Shown here piece by piece: positions 1-10,131 of a stretch of 64,000 bases of DNA. The translations under genes were made by a program, and so were the position numbers. The stretch is from Pelagibacteraceae bacterium AG-365-D07 (GTDB lineage: Bacteria > Pseudomonadota > Alphaproteobacteria > Pelagibacterales > Pelagibacteraceae): assembly GCA_003280005.1 (NCBI GenBank), contig QCGH01000006.1:1045-65044 (forward strand), in the 5' to 3' direction. Position 1 is the stretch's first letter, and each line of letters begins with the position of its first letter. Under the pieces are notes generated by a model. It was not told the DNA's origin. It searched no databases and saw only the letters and a list, made by a program, of their open reading frames with translations.

Positions 1-2
1 AA

Positions 3-521
3 CGACCAAATAAAATAATCAAAATTATATTGCTCTGACATAATTATTGCTTTTCTCAGGGATTGGGCAGAGCTATACGCGGGCTGACCACCGTTTAAAA
101 CTTTTACTTTTACAATTTTTTCTAAATATGATGGCCAGGTTTGATTGTTAGATACTTGGCTACCAAATGCAAAGGAGTCGCCAGTTACTAATATTTTTTT
201 ATTATTTTTAAATTTAATATCTTTATTATCATTTTTCCTAAAACCTTGATCATCTATAGTTATATTGGAACCCGGAATCCATCTTGGTAGATATACTTTT
301 TGGAGATTGGTCTCTTTTAATTTTTTAAGTAATAATTTATCAAATTTTTGAAGTTTTAAAGTTTCATTTTGATAGCTATACCATGTCTTACCCCAATAAC
401 TTACATGTGGATTATTTAAATTTTTTATTGATAGATAAGATCGTATTGATATCTCTAAAACTAAAAATGATAAAATAATTAAGATTATTAATAATAAAAA
501 ATAGAATACAGTTTTCCTCAC
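3..521 (-). CDS. SGNH/GDSL hydrolase-like membrane-anchored protein (3' end truncated by window edge)
   Basis: Not in the ORF track. Manual translation from GTG at 521 gives an N-terminal hydrophobic helix, then ILVTGDSFAFGSQVSNNQTWPSYLE...NGGQPAYSS (GDS block I and block II). The frame stays open to the edge. Confidence 0.75.
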   Translation of the reverse strand, partial: MRKTVFYFLLLIILIILSFLVLEISIRSYLSIKNLNNPHVSYWGKTWYSYQNETLKLQKFDKLLLKKLKETNLQKVYLPRWIPGSNITIDDQGFRKNDNKDIKFKNNKKILVTGDSFAFGSQVSNNQTWPSYLEKIVKVKVLNGGQPAYSSAQSLRKAIIMSEQYNFDYFIWS

Positions 522-585
522 TTAATAAATATATATTACAGTTTTGAAAAAAAAAGTTTAAATTTGTGCTCTAACTATTTATTAT

Positions 586-1533
586 TTATTCCAACTTATC
601 TTTTATGTCGAAAGCTGCCATTAATTCATTCCACTCTCTTTTTGAAAGTTCTGATTTATCTAAACTGACTTTTTCTCCTTTAATCATTTTCTTGATAACA
701 GTTTTTCCCTTTGAGGAAACTTCAGTTCCTCCTACTCTATAGTCCATAAATGCTTCATAGGTAATAGGAACCCATTTTTTTACCGTATCCAACATTACAT
801 CTGCATATGCTCTAATTTCATATTGAGCATGATGATCAGCTCTGAGTCTTAAAAAATTCATAAGATTTAAAAGATCAGTCTTCCAATACCATTGTGTATA
901 AGTATTTAAAGTTAAATTCATTCTTGCAAGTTCTCTTGCTAGGCCATCCTCTTTATCGTCAATGATTGAACCATCATATCTCTCATTCAACATCGTTTGA
1001 TAGTTATTATATGTTTGTTCGGCATCATTTTTTAAAATATTTAAAACCTCTTTTGCTTTTTCTCCTTCAAGGATATTCCCTCTTCCTTGTCTATTACTTT
1101 TTGATTGAGCGGCTAAATGTTCTGGAGCAGGTAAATAAAATTCTTTATCTAATATAGAATATCTAGCAGAATACTCATTTACATTTGCAGTTCTATGCCT
1201 GATCCACTGTCTTGCAATAAATATTGGAAGTTTTACATGATATTTAATTTCACACATTTCAAATGGTGTGCTGTGCCAATGTCTCATAAGATACTTTATA
1301 AGTCCTGCATCGGTTGAGACTTTTTTTGTTCCTTTGCCGTAAGAAACTCTTGCTGCTTGAACAATTGAAGAATCGTTACCCATATAGTCAACAACTCTTA
1401 TAAAACCATGATCTAAAATAGGTATTGCTTCATAAAGAATTTTTTCAAGCTCAGGAGCAGTTACTCTCTTAGTTTGATTTTTTTGAGATTGTTGATCTTC
1501 TATTTCTAGTTTTTGTTCTTTAGTTAATTTCAT
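586..1533 (-). CDS. thyX: FAD-dependent thymidylate synthase
   Basis: ThyX motif [18 protein letters not shown]; AARVSY and HSTPFE. Confidence 0.97.
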   Translation of the reverse strand: MKLTKEQKLEIEDQQSQKNQTKRVTAPELEKILYEAIPILDHGFIRVVDYMGNDSSIVQAARVSYGKGTKKVSTDAGLIKYLMRHWHSTPFEMCEIKYHVKLPIFIARQWIRHRTANVNEYSARYSILDKEFYLPAPEHLAAQSKSNRQGRGNILEGEKAKEVLNILKNDAEQTYNNYQTMLNERYDGSIIDDKEDGLARELARMNLTLNTYTQWYWKTDLLNLMNFLRLRADHHAQYEIRAYADVMLDTVKKWVPITYEAFMDYRVGGTEVSSKGKTVIKKMIKGEKVSLDKSELSKREWNELMAAFDIKDKLE

Positions 1534-1538
1534 AATTA

Positions 1539-2786
1539 TCAGTTACTACTAGTTTTCAATACACCTATTGTTCCATTTTTTTTAAGAGCCAATATTATTG
1601 AATTGTTTTTTTCTATATATTTTATATCTCTTATTTGGTCATCAATAAAAATTTTTTCCACATACAAAATTTCATTAAATTCATAGTTTTTAAACTTAAG
1701 CCTATAAATGCTTTTATCACCCAAAGAGGTGACAAGTGCTGTATTTTGCCATTTTTTATGAAAACTATCAGGCAGAATTATTATTTCTGAAATTCCAATA
1801 GAAGGTACAAAAACATACATTGGCTCTTCGAAACCATTTTTTTCATGGCTTTTTAGGTAATCGCGTTTGTCAAAATAAGACTCTCCATATGATGCTTTTG
1901 GCCACCCATAATTACCATTAAAAGTAAGTTTATTAATTTCATCTCCTCCCCTTGGACCATGCTCAGTAGAAAATATTTTATTCTCAAATACAAATAGACC
2001 CTGGGCATTTCTATGGCCTTTTGAAAAAATCATATGACTTTTTGTTTCGTAATCTATAAATATGGTTTTACCATATATAGATCTGTCCTCTTGAGGTCTA
2101 TTATCTGGTGAGTCTTTTAATAAATCAGCCGTAGTGATTAAAATACCTTTTTTCCCCTCAAAAGTATATTCCTGTAGTCTGCCACCTCTTAGATATCCTG
2201 TTCCACATTCTTCGAATTTTTTAAAAATTGAAAAATTTAAATTGTCCATTATTTCCGAATATTGAATTTCTAAAATTAAACAATTATCTAGTCTTTTTAC
2301 ATTTGAAACATAAATTTTGTTATTAATAACTAATGAGTCTAAGATTTCACCAAAATTATAGTTAGTTTCTAAAACTGTATGTTCTAATTTTTTTTCAGAA
2401 TTATCGAGTGAATTTATTTTCATTTTATAAAATATTCCATTTTTAGAAATATAATAAATATTGTTTTTAAAAACTTCTAAGTAACCTCCATTTCCATACT
2501 TTATGATGTCGTCTGGCTCTGTTTTGATTTCTTTTTTATAAAAACTAAGATCTACAAATTGTGTTTCAGGAAGAAATTTAATATTATAATCATTTTGAAG
2601 ATTAAAATAATCTCTTTTACCACTGGTTATATAAATTATTGTTTTTATAGGATAAGGCAATTTGGAAAAGCTTAATTTTAAATATTCTTGTAATTTTTCC
2701 TGATTTTTATGGATAATAAAAATTGCAATTAAGATAGTGGCAAATAAAATTACTAAATTCCTATATTTTCTGCCTTTTATCATCAA
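1539..2786 (-). CDS. PQQ-dependent sugar dehydrogenase (GSDH/YliI-like) beta-propeller, N-terminal TM anchor; paralog 1
   Basis: Motifs [38 protein letters not shown]. Confidence 0.85.
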   Translation of the reverse strand: MMIKGRKYRNLVILFATILIAIFIIHKNQEKLQEYLKLSFSKLPYPIKTIIYITSGKRDYFNLQNDYNIKFLPETQFVDLSFYKKEIKTEPDDIIKYGNGGYLEVFKNNIYYISKNGIFYKMKINSLDNSEKKLEHTVLETNYNFGEILDSLVINNKIYVSNVKRLDNCLILEIQYSEIMDNLNFSIFKKFEECGTGYLRGGRLQEYTFEGKKGILITTADLLKDSPDNRPQEDRSIYGKTIFIDYETKSHMIFSKGHRNAQGLFVFENKIFSTEHGPRGGDEINKLTFNGNYGWPKASYGESYFDKRDYLKSHEKNGFEEPMYVFVPSIGISEIIILPDSFHKKWQNTALVTSLGDKSIYRLKFKNYEFNEILYVEKIFIDDQIRDIKYIEKNNSIILALKKNGTIGVLKTSSN

Positions 2787-2822
2787 AAAATTAAAAGCAT
2801 TGAGGCTATATTATGGGAATAA

Positions 2823-3572
2823 TTATTTGTAATCATTTTTATTTGCAAATAAATAATCATCATAATGTAGTTTTTTTATAAAATCAAAATTCTTTTTTTT
2901 CATTAGCATATTAAGTTTTTCAAAATTATAAGTTTCTATACCCATATATTCAATATAAACTCTATCAAAATTAATACCTTCGAGAAGATCAATTTCAGAT
3001 CCTTCAACATCAATAATTGCTAGATCAATTTTTTTAATATTGTTTTTTAAAAAAATATTATCAAGTGTATCAACATTACATTTATATAACATAAAATCAC
3101 CTGAATTAGATTTGCTAGCCAATTCATTTATTTTATGTATCGGGTATTTGTTAAAAAAAAAGTTATTTTTTTTATCAACAATATAGGACATTTGGTTTAA
3201 ATTTTTAATATATAGTTCGCTATTTTTATACTTATTGCTTAAACACAATGAATTGATACATTTATTTTTTTTTCTATTTTTTCTTAGAAATTTAAAATGT
3301 AAAGGATTTGGTTCAATTAAAATGCCGGTCCAATTAAGCTCTTTTTCAAATCGCAAAGATACCGACTCTGATAAACCATTATAAGCACCAACCTCTAAAA
3401 ATATACCATTTTTTTTCCTTCCTATTAAATCCATTAATTTTTTATCTATTGAGCCTCTACAACTATAATTTTTAAGAAAAAAAAATTTTATCATTTGGTA
3501 GTAAGAAATTAATTCAATCCAGATCCTATAAGGTAAAATTTGTTTTAATGAGTTTATTAATATTTTAATCAT
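2823..3572 (-). CDS. FkbM family methyltransferase
   Basis: FLEVGAYNG, WTGILIEPNP, IDVEGSE motifs. Confidence 0.9.
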   Translation of the reverse strand: MIKILINSLKQILPYRIWIELISYYQMIKFFFLKNYSCRGSIDKKLMDLIGRKKNGIFLEVGAYNGLSESVSLRFEKELNWTGILIEPNPLHFKFLRKNRKKNKCINSLCLSNKYKNSELYIKNLNQMSYIVDKKNNFFFNKYPIHKINELASKSNSGDFMLYKCNVDTLDNIFLKNNIKKIDLAIIDVEGSEIDLLEGINFDRVYIEYMGIETYNFEKLNMLMKKKNFDFIKKLHYDDYLFANKNDYK

Positions 3573-3635
3573 CTACTTTTAATTTTTTAAAAGAATAGAT
3601 TTCCTAACAAATAGATTTGGTTTCATTAATATTTA

Positions 3636-3668
3636 TTGAATTTTTAAAATTAAGTTTTATATTATAAT
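3636..3668 (+). promoter_or_regulatory. putative sigma70 promoter of ssrA
   Basis: TTGAAT at 3636 and TATTAT/TATAAT at 3659-3668, immediately upstream of the acceptor piece. Confidence 0.45.
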
Positions 3669-3674
3669 CGTTGG

Positions 3675-3927
3675 ATTTCCAACTATGACGATAAACGAAT
3701 TTCGTAATAACCATTACGGACGTGGGGGCAGTACCCACCACCTCCACCATTTTCAACTTATGGGGGTGAATCAGGATCGACGGGTGACTAAAAGTTATTT
3801 TTTCGTCAGGTATTGTTCCACCTCAAAGGGCTTTTTTATAAATGCTAACGAAAGTTATGCACTTGCAGCTTAATTAATTTATTAATTAAGTTACGGGGTT
3901 TCGGGGCACCTGGCAACAGAACGCCCC
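3675..3927 (+). ncRNA. ssrA: tmRNA, two-piece circularly permuted alphaproteobacterial type; tag (A)ANESYALAA
   Basis: Acceptor piece ends CACCTCC-A-CCA at 3739-3749 with T-arm GTGGG-GGCAGTA-CCCAC. A 12-nt intervening segment follows. The coding piece starts GGGGGTG at 3762 (G3-U70 Ala determinant). Tag ORF at 3844-3873. Outer ends approximate. Confidence 0.95.
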
Positions 3928-3937
3928 TATAATAAAT

Positions 3938-4765
3938 TTAAAAAGGAAATTTGTAATTAAATACTTCAAACTCCTTTTTCCATATTTTTCTTACTAATCT
4001 TTTATTTTCTTCATCAAAAAATTTTGATTTATCAATATTGTAATCATTTTTTTTATTGAAATAACTGATTTTGAACTTTGGTTTAGGCAACCCGATTATT
4101 TTAGAAATTTTTTTTAATTCTTTTTCTAAAATCTCAAACTTGCCAATATAATCTACAGCAATTTTGTCATTTATTGTGTAAATTTGTGATCCTGGAAACA
4201 GAAATGATCTATCAGAAATATCTTTTGTTTTAATTGAATTTTTTTTATCAATTTTTTTAAGATGTAAATTGAATTTTTTCTTCGTCAAACCTTTCTTGTG
4301 TATGTAGGGAACTTTATATTTATTATATTGAAATCTAGACTCATCCCATACAAAACTTGAAAAGGCATGTGAGTAGGGATTTCTAATAAAACAAAATTTA
4401 AAATAATTTTTCCATTTTTTTGCTTTAACATATTTTTTAATATGCTCTGCTTTTGCATGAATACTATCACTCCCAAGTTTTTTGGAAATTATATTTTTAA
4501 AAGCAAGTTCTAAAATAGGTTTATCTAAAATTCTTTTATCTCTTACTCTTTTTTTGAAAGCTTTAATAATTAAATTATATCCCTCTTTATTATTTAATTC
4601 TTTATAAACTCTATTATTATAAGGGATGCGATCTATTAATGCATCAGACCACTTTAATTGAAGATCGTTTTTACCTAAAAATTGGTTTAAATATGCGCTT
4701 ATCGAGGATCCTCCAGTTTTAGGTATATGAAGAAATATAAACTTATATTTGTCTGAAATAATCAT
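3938..4765 (-). CDS. sulfotransferase family 2 (carbohydrate sulfotransferase-like)
   Basis: PAPS-binding motifs FLHIPKTGGSS and FCFIRNPY; DYIGKFE. Confidence 0.88.
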   Translation of the reverse strand: MIISDKYKFIFLHIPKTGGSSISAYLNQFLGKNDLQLKWSDALIDRIPYNNRVYKELNNKEGYNLIIKAFKKRVRDKRILDKPILELAFKNIISKKLGSDSIHAKAEHIKKYVKAKKWKNYFKFCFIRNPYSHAFSSFVWDESRFQYNKYKVPYIHKKGLTKKKFNLHLKKIDKKNSIKTKDISDRSFLFPGSQIYTINDKIAVDYIGKFEILEKELKKISKIIGLPKPKFKISYFNKKNDYNIDKSKFFDEENKRLVRKIWKKEFEVFNYKFPF

Positions 4766-4766
4766 A

Positions 4767-6209
4767 TTATTTTTTTGTATATAATATCTTTTCTTTTAAG
4801 TGCATTCCCAATCTTAATGATAATTGTACAATTGTAAATGTTGGATTTGAATAACCTGCTGATGCAAAAACAGAACTGCCCGCCAAAAATAAATTATCTA
4901 CCCCATGAACCTTAAGATTTTTATCTACAACAGAATCATATGAATTTATTCCAACTCTTGTACCTCCCATATGGTGTCCTCCGCCATCGTGGTCCAGTGT
5001 TTCACTAGAATAAATTTTTTCCTCTGCTGCAACTCTACCAATATCTTCATCAATAAAAAATTTTCCCAATTCTTGAATATTTTTTTTATAAGTTTCTCTC
5101 ACCATCTCAGATTGCTTCCAAAATAAATTAACTTGTTCTATACCAAGAGAGTCTTTTTTTGATTTGCTAAGTTCAACTTTATTATTAAAATCTATTTTTT
5201 GACTAGTTTGAGCTGTAATTCCAAGTGTCATTGCTTTATTGTTATTTTTTATAAGAATTTTTCTAACATATTCTGGCGCAATACATTTCAATTTTTCTAC
5301 AAAGCTTTTTTTATGAATATTCAGATCTGTATAAACAAAATTTATTTGCATCACTGAGTCAAGAATATTATGATAATTCACAAATTGTTTATTTGGTGCA
5401 ACTGCGAACCATCCATCACAATTAATTTTTATAGAATTATGTAATTTTGTTTTTTTCAAAAAATTTTTAAAATTTTCTATGTCTATAATTGCTTCTCCAA
5501 TTTTTTTATATGGATGTTCAAAAAAATAATTTCCTATTGGCATGTTTGGATCAAGCAATTTAGGATTATTTTTTCTTATCAAATGCATTAACTTCGAATT
5601 TTCAATTCCCCCACATGCAAGAACAAAATATTTAGAGCTTAAATTAAAAAACTGTCCTTTATTAAAAAAAATAACTTTATTTATTTTTTTATTACCTAAA
5701 ATTTTAGTTACATAGGACTCAGTTATAAGATGAATATTTTTTGAATTTTTAATTTTATCTCGGTATTTGTCTCTAAATCTTAGTGGGGACACCTCAAATC
5801 TAACCAAATCATAATTTTCATTTATTTTTTTTGTGTAGAAGTTATTTCTCCTTAAATTAATTATTTTTTTTGCTTTATCTGAAAATTGATCTAAATCCTT
5901 TTTTTTAATAGGCCAATTACTAAAATCATGCTCTTCCAAACTCCTGCATAGACCACCCCAATGGCCTGATGATCCTCCAAATTGTCTTAACCTAGTTACC
6001 GATAGAGGTGGATAATTGTCACCAATAATTTCACCTTCATAAAATTTTTGACTTTCTTCGCTAAAATTATTTTTTCCTGCTTCAATAATAAGTGTAGAAA
6101 TTTTTTGGCCCTCGAGTTCTAAAGCCAATGAAATTCCCGCTGGACCACTCCCAACAATTATTAGATCAAATTTAATATCTTTTAATTGATGATAATTATT
6201 AAATATCAT
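4767..6209 (-). CDS. GMC family FAD oxidoreductase
   Basis: IVGSGPAG FAD motif, GGSSGHWGG, LACGGIEN, HHMGGTR, NPTFTIVQL. Confidence 0.92.
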   Translation of the reverse strand: MIFNNYHQLKDIKFDLIIVGSGPAGISLALELEGQKISTLIIEAGKNNFSEESQKFYEGEIIGDNYPPLSVTRLRQFGGSSGHWGGLCRSLEEHDFSNWPIKKKDLDQFSDKAKKIINLRRNNFYTKKINENYDLVRFEVSPLRFRDKYRDKIKNSKNIHLITESYVTKILGNKKINKVIFFNKGQFFNLSSKYFVLACGGIENSKLMHLIRKNNPKLLDPNMPIGNYFFEHPYKKIGEAIIDIENFKNFLKKTKLHNSIKINCDGWFAVAPNKQFVNYHNILDSVMQINFVYTDLNIHKKSFVEKLKCIAPEYVRKILIKNNNKAMTLGITAQTSQKIDFNNKVELSKSKKDSLGIEQVNLFWKQSEMVRETYKKNIQELGKFFIDEDIGRVAAEEKIYSSETLDHDGGGHHMGGTRVGINSYDSVVDKNLKVHGVDNLFLAGSSVFASAGYSNPTFTIVQLSLRLGMHLKEKILYTKK

Positions 6210-6351
6210 CTGTACTCAATATCCAAATTTTAGAGAATTTTTTTTTGAGAATTTTTTTATTCTTTTTTTGATTTTTAATAATTTTATAAGGAAATATAGT
6301 TACTAAAAATAAAGATAAAATTTTTTTGAAAAAAGTTCTTTTGCTATTCAT
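6199..6351 (-). CDS. unannotated 50-aa microprotein with Tat-like N-terminus, coupled to the GMC oxidoreductase
   Basis: Manual translation MNSKRTFFKKILSLFLVTIFPYKIIKNQKKNKKILKKKFSKIWILSTDDI. Its 3' end overlaps the GMC start by 11 nt and it fills an otherwise empty gap. Confidence 0.65.
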   Translation of the reverse strand: MNSKRTFFKKILSLFLVTIFPYKIIKNQKKNKKILKKKFSKIWILSTDDI

Positions 6352-6405
6352 AAATATATTACAATTATTTTTTAAAATAATTTATGAAGTTAATCAAACA
6401 AATAT

Positions 6406-8235
6406 TTAATTAATATTGGTAATTAATCTAAAATACTTACTGTCAAAAATTTCAGTATAATTTTTTTCGAGTGTAAAATTCATACTAAACTCTCTTTTAT
6501 CGATAATTATTACGTCTGGTCTAATTTCGTTTATAATTTTATGATTTTCATATTTTTTCACCAATCTATTAATTTCTTTTTGAGATATGGCAATAGACTC
6601 TGATAAAAAAAAGTTTCTATTTTTTAAAAATTGTATTTCTTCATATAAATAATCTTCAATGGGAAAATAAGTATTTAAATAATTAAATTGATATTTAAGA
6701 TGTGAAATCTGGAATATTTCATTATAAGATCTCCAAGAAATTTTATTATTTAAAAGTTTTCTAAATTCAAGATTTGAATAACCTGCAGATTTAAAAGAAT
6801 TGATCATTAAATTTTCCATCTGGTTATCACTTAATGCGTTAACAAATCCATCAGGATAAGAAATATTTTGATTTTTATAAATATAATAGTTATTTATTAA
6901 ATTAGAATTTGAAAAAATATTATTTAGCTTATTTTTAGATAATATTTTATCTGATGTAATAATTACTTGGTTCATATCATTCCAATATTCTTGATTGTTA
7001 AAATAATTTTTAGATATTTTAATAAAATGATAACCTGTATGCCCTATCAAGAAAAAAATATAAAATATTATTAGTAGTTTTATATTAATGAATTTTTTAA
7101 AAAAATTTTCAATAATAAAAGAAATTATTAAAATTATACCAATAATAAAAATTAAATTTTTTACATCAAAAAAATGCTTGAACCAAACCATGTATGGTGA
7201 AAATGTTGCAAATACTAAGGGAACGATAAATGAAGAAATTAATAACAATAAATACAATCTAATCGAGGATAGATAATTTTTGCTAAATTTTTTTTTTAAA
7301 AGAAAATAGAAAATAAATATTGTTGATAAATATATTAAATTTTTGATACTCAAATAATGATTGATTGTTTCTTGAAGTAGCATTTTTCTGCTATTAAAAT
7401 CAATATTGAAAAGACCCATTCTTGAAGAGTAATCTTGTTCTGCATAAATGTTTTGCAATATAAATGGCAAGCTTACTAAAAAAAATACTGTTATTAAAAG
7501 TAAATTTAATTTTATTATTTCTTTGTAGTATTCTTTACTAGTGAACAAATTGCTTAAAAAAATTATTAAATAACAAAAGCTAATAACAAAAAATAGAAAT
7601 ATAAAACTTTGTAATAATAAAGATAATAGTACTCCAAAAATAATATAATCTGACTTACCTACAAAATTATTTTTTCTAAAATTAAGCAAAGTAATTAAAG
7701 ATAAATAAAAATATAAATCAGTTATTAGGGGACGTGGAAATCTTAGACTTACTAAATGATAATCAAAAATTACATTTTTTATATTTTCAATATTAAGATT
7801 TTTAAAATAAAATGTTATAAATTCTATTAATATTGGTGAAAAGAAAATTAAAAAGGTACTTAGTATCGCTGAAGATTTACTAATTCCGGACCGCTTTAGA
7901 AAGTAATAAATTAGAAAATATGCTGATGTATAAAAAACTAATTCACCTATTATAATGCTAGATAAACCAAAAAAGTTAAATAAAAATGCATGATAAATTA
8001 TTGATGCATATGGAAAAGATGTGGTGCCATCAGCTACGTAAAAATTGTTATTCGATGGTGAAAAATCAAGGTTTGATAATGAAATTATAAAAGGAAAATA
8101 TTGTTTATCATTAAAGTTTAACAGTAATTTAAGATTAAAAATTATATCGTCTAAATAGTAAAAACTAATTAACCATTTTATAATAATTAAAAGTATAGGT
8201 AATGAAATTAAGTAAATAATTTTGTTATAGCCCAT
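6406..8235 (-). CDS. polytopic membrane protein, putative GT-C-type glycosyltransferase
   Basis: 609 aa, many hydrophobic segments plus a soluble C-terminal domain; overlaps the upstream Dpm1-like GT2. Function inferred from context. Confidence 0.55.
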   Translation of the reverse strand: MGYNKIIYLISLPILLIIIKWLISFYYLDDIIFNLKLLLNFNDKQYFPFIISLSNLDFSPSNNNFYVADGTTSFPYASIIYHAFLFNFFGLSSIIIGELVFYTSAYFLIYYFLKRSGISKSSAILSTFLIFFSPILIEFITFYFKNLNIENIKNVIFDYHLVSLRFPRPLITDLYFYLSLITLLNFRKNNFVGKSDYIIFGVLLSLLLQSFIFLFFVISFCYLIIFLSNLFTSKEYYKEIIKLNLLLITVFFLVSLPFILQNIYAEQDYSSRMGLFNIDFNSRKMLLQETINHYLSIKNLIYLSTIFIFYFLLKKKFSKNYLSSIRLYLLLLISSFIVPLVFATFSPYMVWFKHFFDVKNLIFIIGIILIISFIIENFFKKFINIKLLIIFYIFFLIGHTGYHFIKISKNYFNNQEYWNDMNQVIITSDKILSKNKLNNIFSNSNLINNYYIYKNQNISYPDGFVNALSDNQMENLMINSFKSAGYSNLEFRKLLNNKISWRSYNEIFQISHLKYQFNYLNTYFPIEDYLYEEIQFLKNRNFFLSESIAISQKEINRLVKKYENHKIINEIRPDVIIIDKREFSMNFTLEKNYTEIFDSKYFRLITNIN

Positions 8236-8944
8236 GTTTCTTTTTTTTTAAAAAATATAATTTAATCAATCCAAAAAATGACGAGATAATTAAACTTGTA
8301 CTGACCGAACTCTCGCCTCTCTTTCTATTAACGAATATAGTGGGCAGCTCACTAATTTTGAAATTATTAGAGTGAATAACTACCAAAATTTCTGAGAGTA
8401 CTATAAATCCTCCACCGATTTTTCCACAATTGCTTACTACCTTCTCTGCAGCTCTTCTTGAATAAAATCTAAAACCATTTGTATAATCAGTACAAGGAAT
8501 TTGCAGAAGTAATTTTGCTAAAAAATTTGCCAAAAATGAAAATATTCTTCTAAAAATACCCCAATTTTTAATTTCACTATTTTTTGTATATCGACTAGCA
8601 ATAAGCATATCCAATTTATTTTTAACAAAAAAATTCAATTTGTAATTTAATTCATCAGGGTTATGGGAAAAATCAGCATCCATTTCTATTAGAATATCAA
8701 TAGATTTATTTTTTAAAGCTTGTTCTAGTCCAAAAATTACAGCAGTTCCCCTGCCAAGTTTTTTTCCTCTATGAAAATAATAGACTAATTTTTTATTTTC
8801 TAAAATTTTTTCTGATAAGTTTTTTATTGAGTCGTCTATAACGAAGATTTCTATATCTGGAATATATGATTTGATCTTATCAACCAAGCTAGCTATATTT
8901 TCTTCCTCGTTATATGTTGGTATTATTATTCCTATTTTTTGCAT
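8225..8944 (-). CDS. glycosyltransferase family 2, polyprenol-phosphate sugar synthase (Dpm1-like)
   Basis: IIIPTYNEEEN, VIDDS, MDADFSH, DYTNGFR, FVNRKRGES. Confidence 0.92.
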   Translation of the reverse strand: MQKIGIIIPTYNEEENIASLVDKIKSYIPDIEIFVIDDSIKNLSEKILENKKLVYYFHRGKKLGRGTAVIFGLEQALKNKSIDILIEMDADFSHNPDELNYKLNFFVKNKLDMLIASRYTKNSEIKNWGIFRRIFSFLANFLAKLLLQIPCTDYTNGFRFYSRRAAEKVVSNCGKIGGGFIVLSEILVVIHSNNFKISELPTIFVNRKRGESSVSTSLIISSFFGLIKLYFLKKKKHGL

Positions 8945-8950
8945 TCACAT

Positions 8951-10117
8951 TTATTTTAGATCTAGCAACAAATCAGCAAGCTTTTTAATCGTATTACTTT
9001 TAAGTGGTTTTGTTGGCAAACCAATAAAAAAACCTCTTTTTTCTATTTCTTCAGAATTTTTTAAATATTTTTTATTATATTTTATTTTATGTAAATTTAC
9101 ACAAGGTTGGTTAACAAAATTCCCACTAATAATTGGTCTTGTTTCAATTTTATTTTTTCCAAGATATCTTAGAAAGTTTTTTTTTTTATTTAAATATTTT
9201 GAGTTTATTAATAAGGGAAGGCTAAACCAGCTTGGTTTTAAATATTTATTTGCTTCAAAAAAACTGTATTGATTATTCCATTTAATTGAATTTTTCATTG
9301 TTTTTATAATTTTTTCTCTATTTTTTTTTCTTACATTGATCATCGTTTTTAACCTTTTCAACTGATTTATACCGATAGCTGCTGATACTTCCAATGGCCT
9401 CAAGTTAAAACCTTGATTAATAAAATTAAATGTATTCTTTGTTTTTTTTATTTCTCGATCCCAGCCATGTGATCTTAGAGTTTGTAAAAGTTTATAATCT
9501 TTATAATTTTTACATACAATCATTCCACCCTCTCCTGCTGTCAACTGATGAGAATAATAAAAAGAAAAAGTTGAGAAGTCGCCAAAAGTTCCTAGAAATT
9601 TATTTTTATAAGATGACCCAAATGATTCACAATTATCCTCGATTAAATATATGTTTTTTTTTTTTGAAAATGACCTTATTTTGTCTATCTCAGAACAATT
9701 TCCTAGCACATTTATAATCATTATTGCTTTAGTTTTTTTTGTAATATTTTTCTTTATTTCATTAAAACTTATAGAAAAACTTTTTAAATCCACATCAACA
9801 AACTTTGGAACCAATCCTGCCTGATATATGGGCCATAAAGAAGTTGACCAACATACAGCTGGAACTAGGCATTCATCACCTCTTTTCAAACTGTTTTCTT
9901 TTTTTGGGTTAATTAAAGCAAACATGGCTAGTAAATTTGCAGAAGAACCGGAGTTTACCATTAAACAATATTTTGAATTTATAAATCTTGAAAACTTTCT
10001 TTCAAATTCTTTCGTCTTTAATCCCATTGTTAAATTTTGGCTTTTGATTACTTTGACAGCTTGAGAAATATCACTTTTAGTAAATGCATTCTCTAACAGT
10101 GGGTAGTGAAATTTCAT
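8951..10117 (-). CDS. DegT/DnrJ/EryC1/StrS family PLP enzyme, ColD-like NDP-4-keto-6-deoxyhexose 3-dehydratase
   Basis: NSGSSANL, EDNCES, FSFYYSHQLTAGEGG (His at the usual Schiff-base Lys position), GFNLRP. Confidence 0.85.
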   Translation of the reverse strand: MKFHYPLLENAFTKSDISQAVKVIKSQNLTMGLKTKEFERKFSRFINSKYCLMVNSGSSANLLAMFALINPKKENSLKRGDECLVPAVCWSTSLWPIYQAGLVPKFVDVDLKSFSISFNEIKKNITKKTKAIMIINVLGNCSEIDKIRSFSKKKNIYLIEDNCESFGSSYKNKFLGTFGDFSTFSFYYSHQLTAGEGGMIVCKNYKDYKLLQTLRSHGWDREIKKTKNTFNFINQGFNLRPLEVSAAIGINQLKRLKTMINVRKKNREKIIKTMKNSIKWNNQYSFFEANKYLKPSWFSLPLLINSKYLNKKKNFLRYLGKNKIETRPIISGNFVNQPCVNLHKIKYNKKYLKNSEEIEKRGFFIGLPTKPLKSNTIKKLADLLLDLK

Positions 10118-10131
10118 TTATTAAATTACTT

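Noticed and set aside
3685-3873. 62-aa ORF ending ANESYALAA
   Set aside because: Chance read-through across the tmRNA gene. Only the tag portion is translated, by trans-translation.
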